NCBI GenBank assembly: GCA_043753995.1
Contig: JAYUVP010000009.1
Span: 1 to 17,349, forward strand
Source: Fibrobacterota bacterium
GTDB taxonomy: Bacteria > Fibrobacterota > Fibrobacteria > UBA11236
DNA length: 17,349 nt
Direction of reading: 5' to 3'
The translations under genes and the position numbers were made by a program. Under the pieces are notes generated by a model that saw only the letters and a list, made by a program, of their open reading frames with translations, searched no databases and was not told the origin of the DNA. The first letter of the stretch is position 1; each line of letters starts with the position of its first letter. Below, in pieces: positions 14,832-17,349 of this stretch.

Positions 14832-15976
14832 TGAATTTCCAGCCGCGGACGTTTGCGAAAAAGGTTTTGCCTAACCTGGCTTCGCTTAAAATCACCGTCG
14901 TCTGTCTGATATTGCTTTTGGTGCTGACGGCATGGGGCACGATTTACCAGGCCAGCTACGGACTCTACGCGGCACAGACACGGTTTTTCCATTCATGGTA
15001 TTTCCTAGTGGGCGCTTTCTTTCCCTTTCCAGGGGCCCAATTGGTGATGTGGGTTTTGTTCGTGAATTTGTTGGCCTCGATGATTTTTCGTGTGAAATAC
15101 AGCATCACCAATGCTGGCAATATTCTCACCCATGGCGGATTGCTTTTTCTATTGGCTGGATCCTTCGTCACCTACCGGTACGCAACTGAATCTTATCTCC
15201 CACTTCAAGAAGGGGAAGTAGCGAATGTTTCCTTGGATAGGCGAACTTGGGAATTGGCGGTTTGGATAGAACCCGTAGAAGGGCTGGAGAAAAAGGTTAC
15301 GGCCTTGGAAATTGGGGCTGACCAACTGGGTGCCGAATTGGATTTCCGGGAATTCGGATTCATTGCCCGATTGGACAAATACTATAAGAATAGCGATGCC
15401 GCTCCTGGGCCCGCGGAAATGGGATGGATAGAAAACTCCGAAGGGATAGGCTCCTTGATTTCTCGTAAGCCTTACTCGGATCCGGAGGATGATTTCCCCG
15501 GGGCCATGCTCACCATTCTCGGGGCCTCTGGACCCGACCGAAATACCTTACTCTATGGTGGGCAGGAAAATCCGAACACCTTTTCCGTGGCGGGTAAAAC
15601 CGTACAAATCCTCTTGCGACGTAAGCGTCACCCTCTGCCGCTTGCACTCAAGCTCATTGATGTCCGCCGGGAAGACTATTCGGGAACGGGCATTGCGCGG
15701 AGCTATGAAAGCGATGTCGATATCCAGGGAGCCGGTCTGGAAAGGCGGACGCGCATCTACATGAATCATCCCTTGCGTCATGGCGACTATACCTTTTTTC
15801 AATCTTCGTATTCGAAGGGGAGGAATGGAAAGGAAACTTCGGTATTCGCCGTGGTGGAAAACGGGGGTCGATGGATTCCATACGTCTCCAGCCTGGTGAT
15901 TTTCTCCGGCATGGTTCTGCATTTTGTGATCATGATGTTCGGAACCAGAAATAGGACCCGATGGGAGGCCGCATGA
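14831..15976 (+). CDS. resB: Cytochrome c biogenesis protein ResB/CcsB (System II)
   Basis: LASLKITVVCL..L.VL..WGT..Q, three N-terminal TMs with the conserved His (LTHGGLL), a large periplasmic domain, IYMNHPLRHGDYTFFQSSY and a C-terminal TM. Confidence 0.88.
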   Translation: MNFQPRTFAKKVLPNLASLKITVVCLILLLVLTAWGTIYQASYGLYAAQTRFFHSWYFLVGAFFPFPGAQLVMWVLFVNLLASMIFRVKYSITNAGNILTHGGLLFLLAGSFVTYRYATESYLPLQEGEVANVSLDRRTWELAVWIEPVEGLEKKVTALEIGADQLGAELDFREFGFIARLDKYYKNSDAAPGPAEMGWIENSEGIGSLISRKPYSDPEDDFPGAMLTILGASGPDRNTLLYGGQENPNTFSVAGKTVQILLRRKRHPLPLALKLIDVRREDYSGTGIARSYESDVDIQGAGLERRTRIYMNHPLRHGDYTFFQSSYSKGRNGKETSVFAVVENGGRWIPYVSSLVIFSGMVLHFVIMMFGTRNRTRWEAA

Positions 15977-17349
15977 AGTTTCCAGTTGTATTGCTGTTCC
16001 TGTCCGCCTTGGCCACGGGCACGTCCGCGAAGGAAAAGAGCCCCGTTCCCCTGGATGATTTCGGGAACCTCGCGGTATTGGATGGCGGCCGCATTAAGCC
16101 ACTCGATTCCTATGCTCGCCATTCCCTATTGCAATTAAGCGCCCGTAATACCTATCGGGGCGAGCCGGCCATAAGCTGGTTAGCGCGGGTGATGTTCGCT
16201 CCGAAAACGGCCACTGAAGACGATGTTTTCCGAATCAATAATGAGGAAGTCGCCTATGCCCTGGGCATTGAGCCCGAAAAAGATCAGCGTTACAGTTTCG
16301 CCCAGCTGTCGCCGAATATCAATAAGCTATCCGAATTAGCGGAAGAGGCGATGAAGGTAGATGAGAAGAAGCGAACTCCCATGGAGTCCGAATGCATACG
16401 CGTTGCGAATAATCTCAGTCTTTATCTCGGGGTGATGAATGCCTTTCTATTCGCCCAACCACATCCTGATTTTCGTATTTCCGATACCGCTGTGGCAGCC
16501 CTGCTCGGTATGCAAGTGCGAGAAGACGATCCTTATCGCTTTCTCGACATTCGCGCGAGTTTGCAGAGGGTAGCCGATACGCTTGCAAAATTGAACGTTG
16601 AGCCTGCGGCCCATGAAGGTCACGAGGGCCATGAACACGAAGGCAAAACGGAAAATCGGACCGACACGGAGCTGAGGTTATTAAGTCTTTCCCATCGCCT
16701 CGAAAATTGGTCAAGCCATTATGCGAGTTTTCCCGTTGAAATTATTCCACCCGCGGCGGGTGCAAAGAATTGGAAAAGCGCCTGGGGCCTTGCAGCGATG
16801 AAAAACCCGGACGCTGGGGCAGAAGAAGCCATCACGGCGATGGGAGAAATGGTTGCGGCTTATGGAAAAGGTGACGGGCCAAAATTTTCTCAGGCACTGG
16901 AAAAATTGCATGCCTTCGTGGATGAAAAAAGCGGGAAGGCAATCAGTCGTAGTAAGGTCAATTTGGAACTCACCTACAATCAGTTGAATCCCTTTTACTG
17001 GGCGAAAATCTTTTACGGGTTTTCTGGGTTGGCCGCCTTGCTGGGATTGATTTTCCTGGGCAAATGGTTGCGGCCCATGGCCACCACCTTATTGAGCTTG
17101 GGAATACTCGCCCAAGCCGTGGGGTTGGGTTTGCGCTTAGCCGTTACCGGACGCGCGCCGGTCACCAATATGTTCGAAACCTTTGTCTTCGTAGCCTGGG
17201 TGGGGGCCATCTTGGGGCTAATTCTGGAATTCTATAATCGCAAGGGCTATGGCTCCCTGGTGGGGGCGTTGACGGGATTTTCCATACTTCTCATTTCCAT
17301 CAAATACAGCGCCGACGGCGACACCATCGGTGTTCTCGTGGCGGTATTG
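15973..17349 (+). CDS. ccsA: Cytochrome c biogenesis protein CcsA/ResC (System II heme lyase), partial at the window end
   Basis: Missing from the ORF track because it has no stop in the window. ATG 15973 overlaps the resB stop and the frame stays open for 459 codons: MKFPVVLLF...LDGGRIKPLDSYAR...LELTYNQLNPF...LRLAVTGRAPVTNMFETFVFVAW...GDTIGVLVAVL. The WWD domain is expected beyond the window. Confidence 0.9.
   Translation, partial: MKFPVVLLFLSALATGTSAKEKSPVPLDDFGNLAVLDGGRIKPLDSYARHSLLQLSARNTYRGEPAISWLARVMFAPKTATEDDVFRINNEEVAYALGIEPEKDQRYSFAQLSPNINKLSELAEEAMKVDEKKRTPMESECIRVANNLSLYLGVMNAFLFAQPHPDFRISDTAVAALLGMQVREDDPYRFLDIRASLQRVADTLAKLNVEPAAHEGHEGHEHEGKTENRTDTELRLLSLSHRLENWSSHYASFPVEIIPPAAGAKNWKSAWGLAAMKNPDAGAEEAITAMGEMVAAYGKGDGPKFSQALEKLHAFVDEKSGKAISRSKVNLELTYNQLNPFYWAKIFYGFSGLAALLGLIFLGKWLRPMATTLLSLGILAQAVGLGLRLAVTGRAPVTNMFETFVFVAWVGAILGLILEFYNRKGYGSLVGALTGFSILLISIKYSADGDTIGVLVAVL

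Noticed and set aside
1..17349. CRISPR arrays, tRNA/rRNA, IS elements, integrases, selenocysteine read-through or frameshifted pseudogenes
   Set aside because: No regularly spaced repeats, RNA gene signatures or transposase motifs were seen. All main ORFs are uninterrupted and tightly coupled.

Overview
Gram-negative bacterial window dominated (2395-17349) by a respiratory/extracellular electron-transfer island organised around a divergent control region (9218-9646). The leftward operon encodes a monoheme cytochrome c, a pentaheme cytochrome c, a Tat-exported molybdopterin-oxidoreductase-fold lipoprotein with degenerate cofactor ligands, a four-cluster Fe-S subunit and an NrfD/PsrC quinone-interacting membrane subunit (QrcABCD / alternative complex III-like). 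It ends with an AAA+ enhancer-binding-type regulator that lacks both a sensor domain and the GAFTGA loop. The rightward operon encodes a probable outer-membrane beta-barrel, a 9-heme periplasmic cytochrome, a 5-heme lipoprotein (one CX4CH motif) and a 6-heme lipoprotein with a collagen-like stalk, i.e. a porin-cytochrome conduit. A System II cytochrome c maturation operon follows (His-repeat lipoprotein, ResB, CcsA running off the window). Each of the three transcription units has a GG-N10-GC sigma-54-type promoter candidate. The 26 heme-binding motifs could form a path from the quinone pool to the cell surface. The first 2.3 kb holds an apparently unrelated YvaD-like membrane protein and an alpha/beta hydrolase-TetR pair with a palindromic operator. 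No RNA genes, CRISPR arrays or mobile elements were seen.
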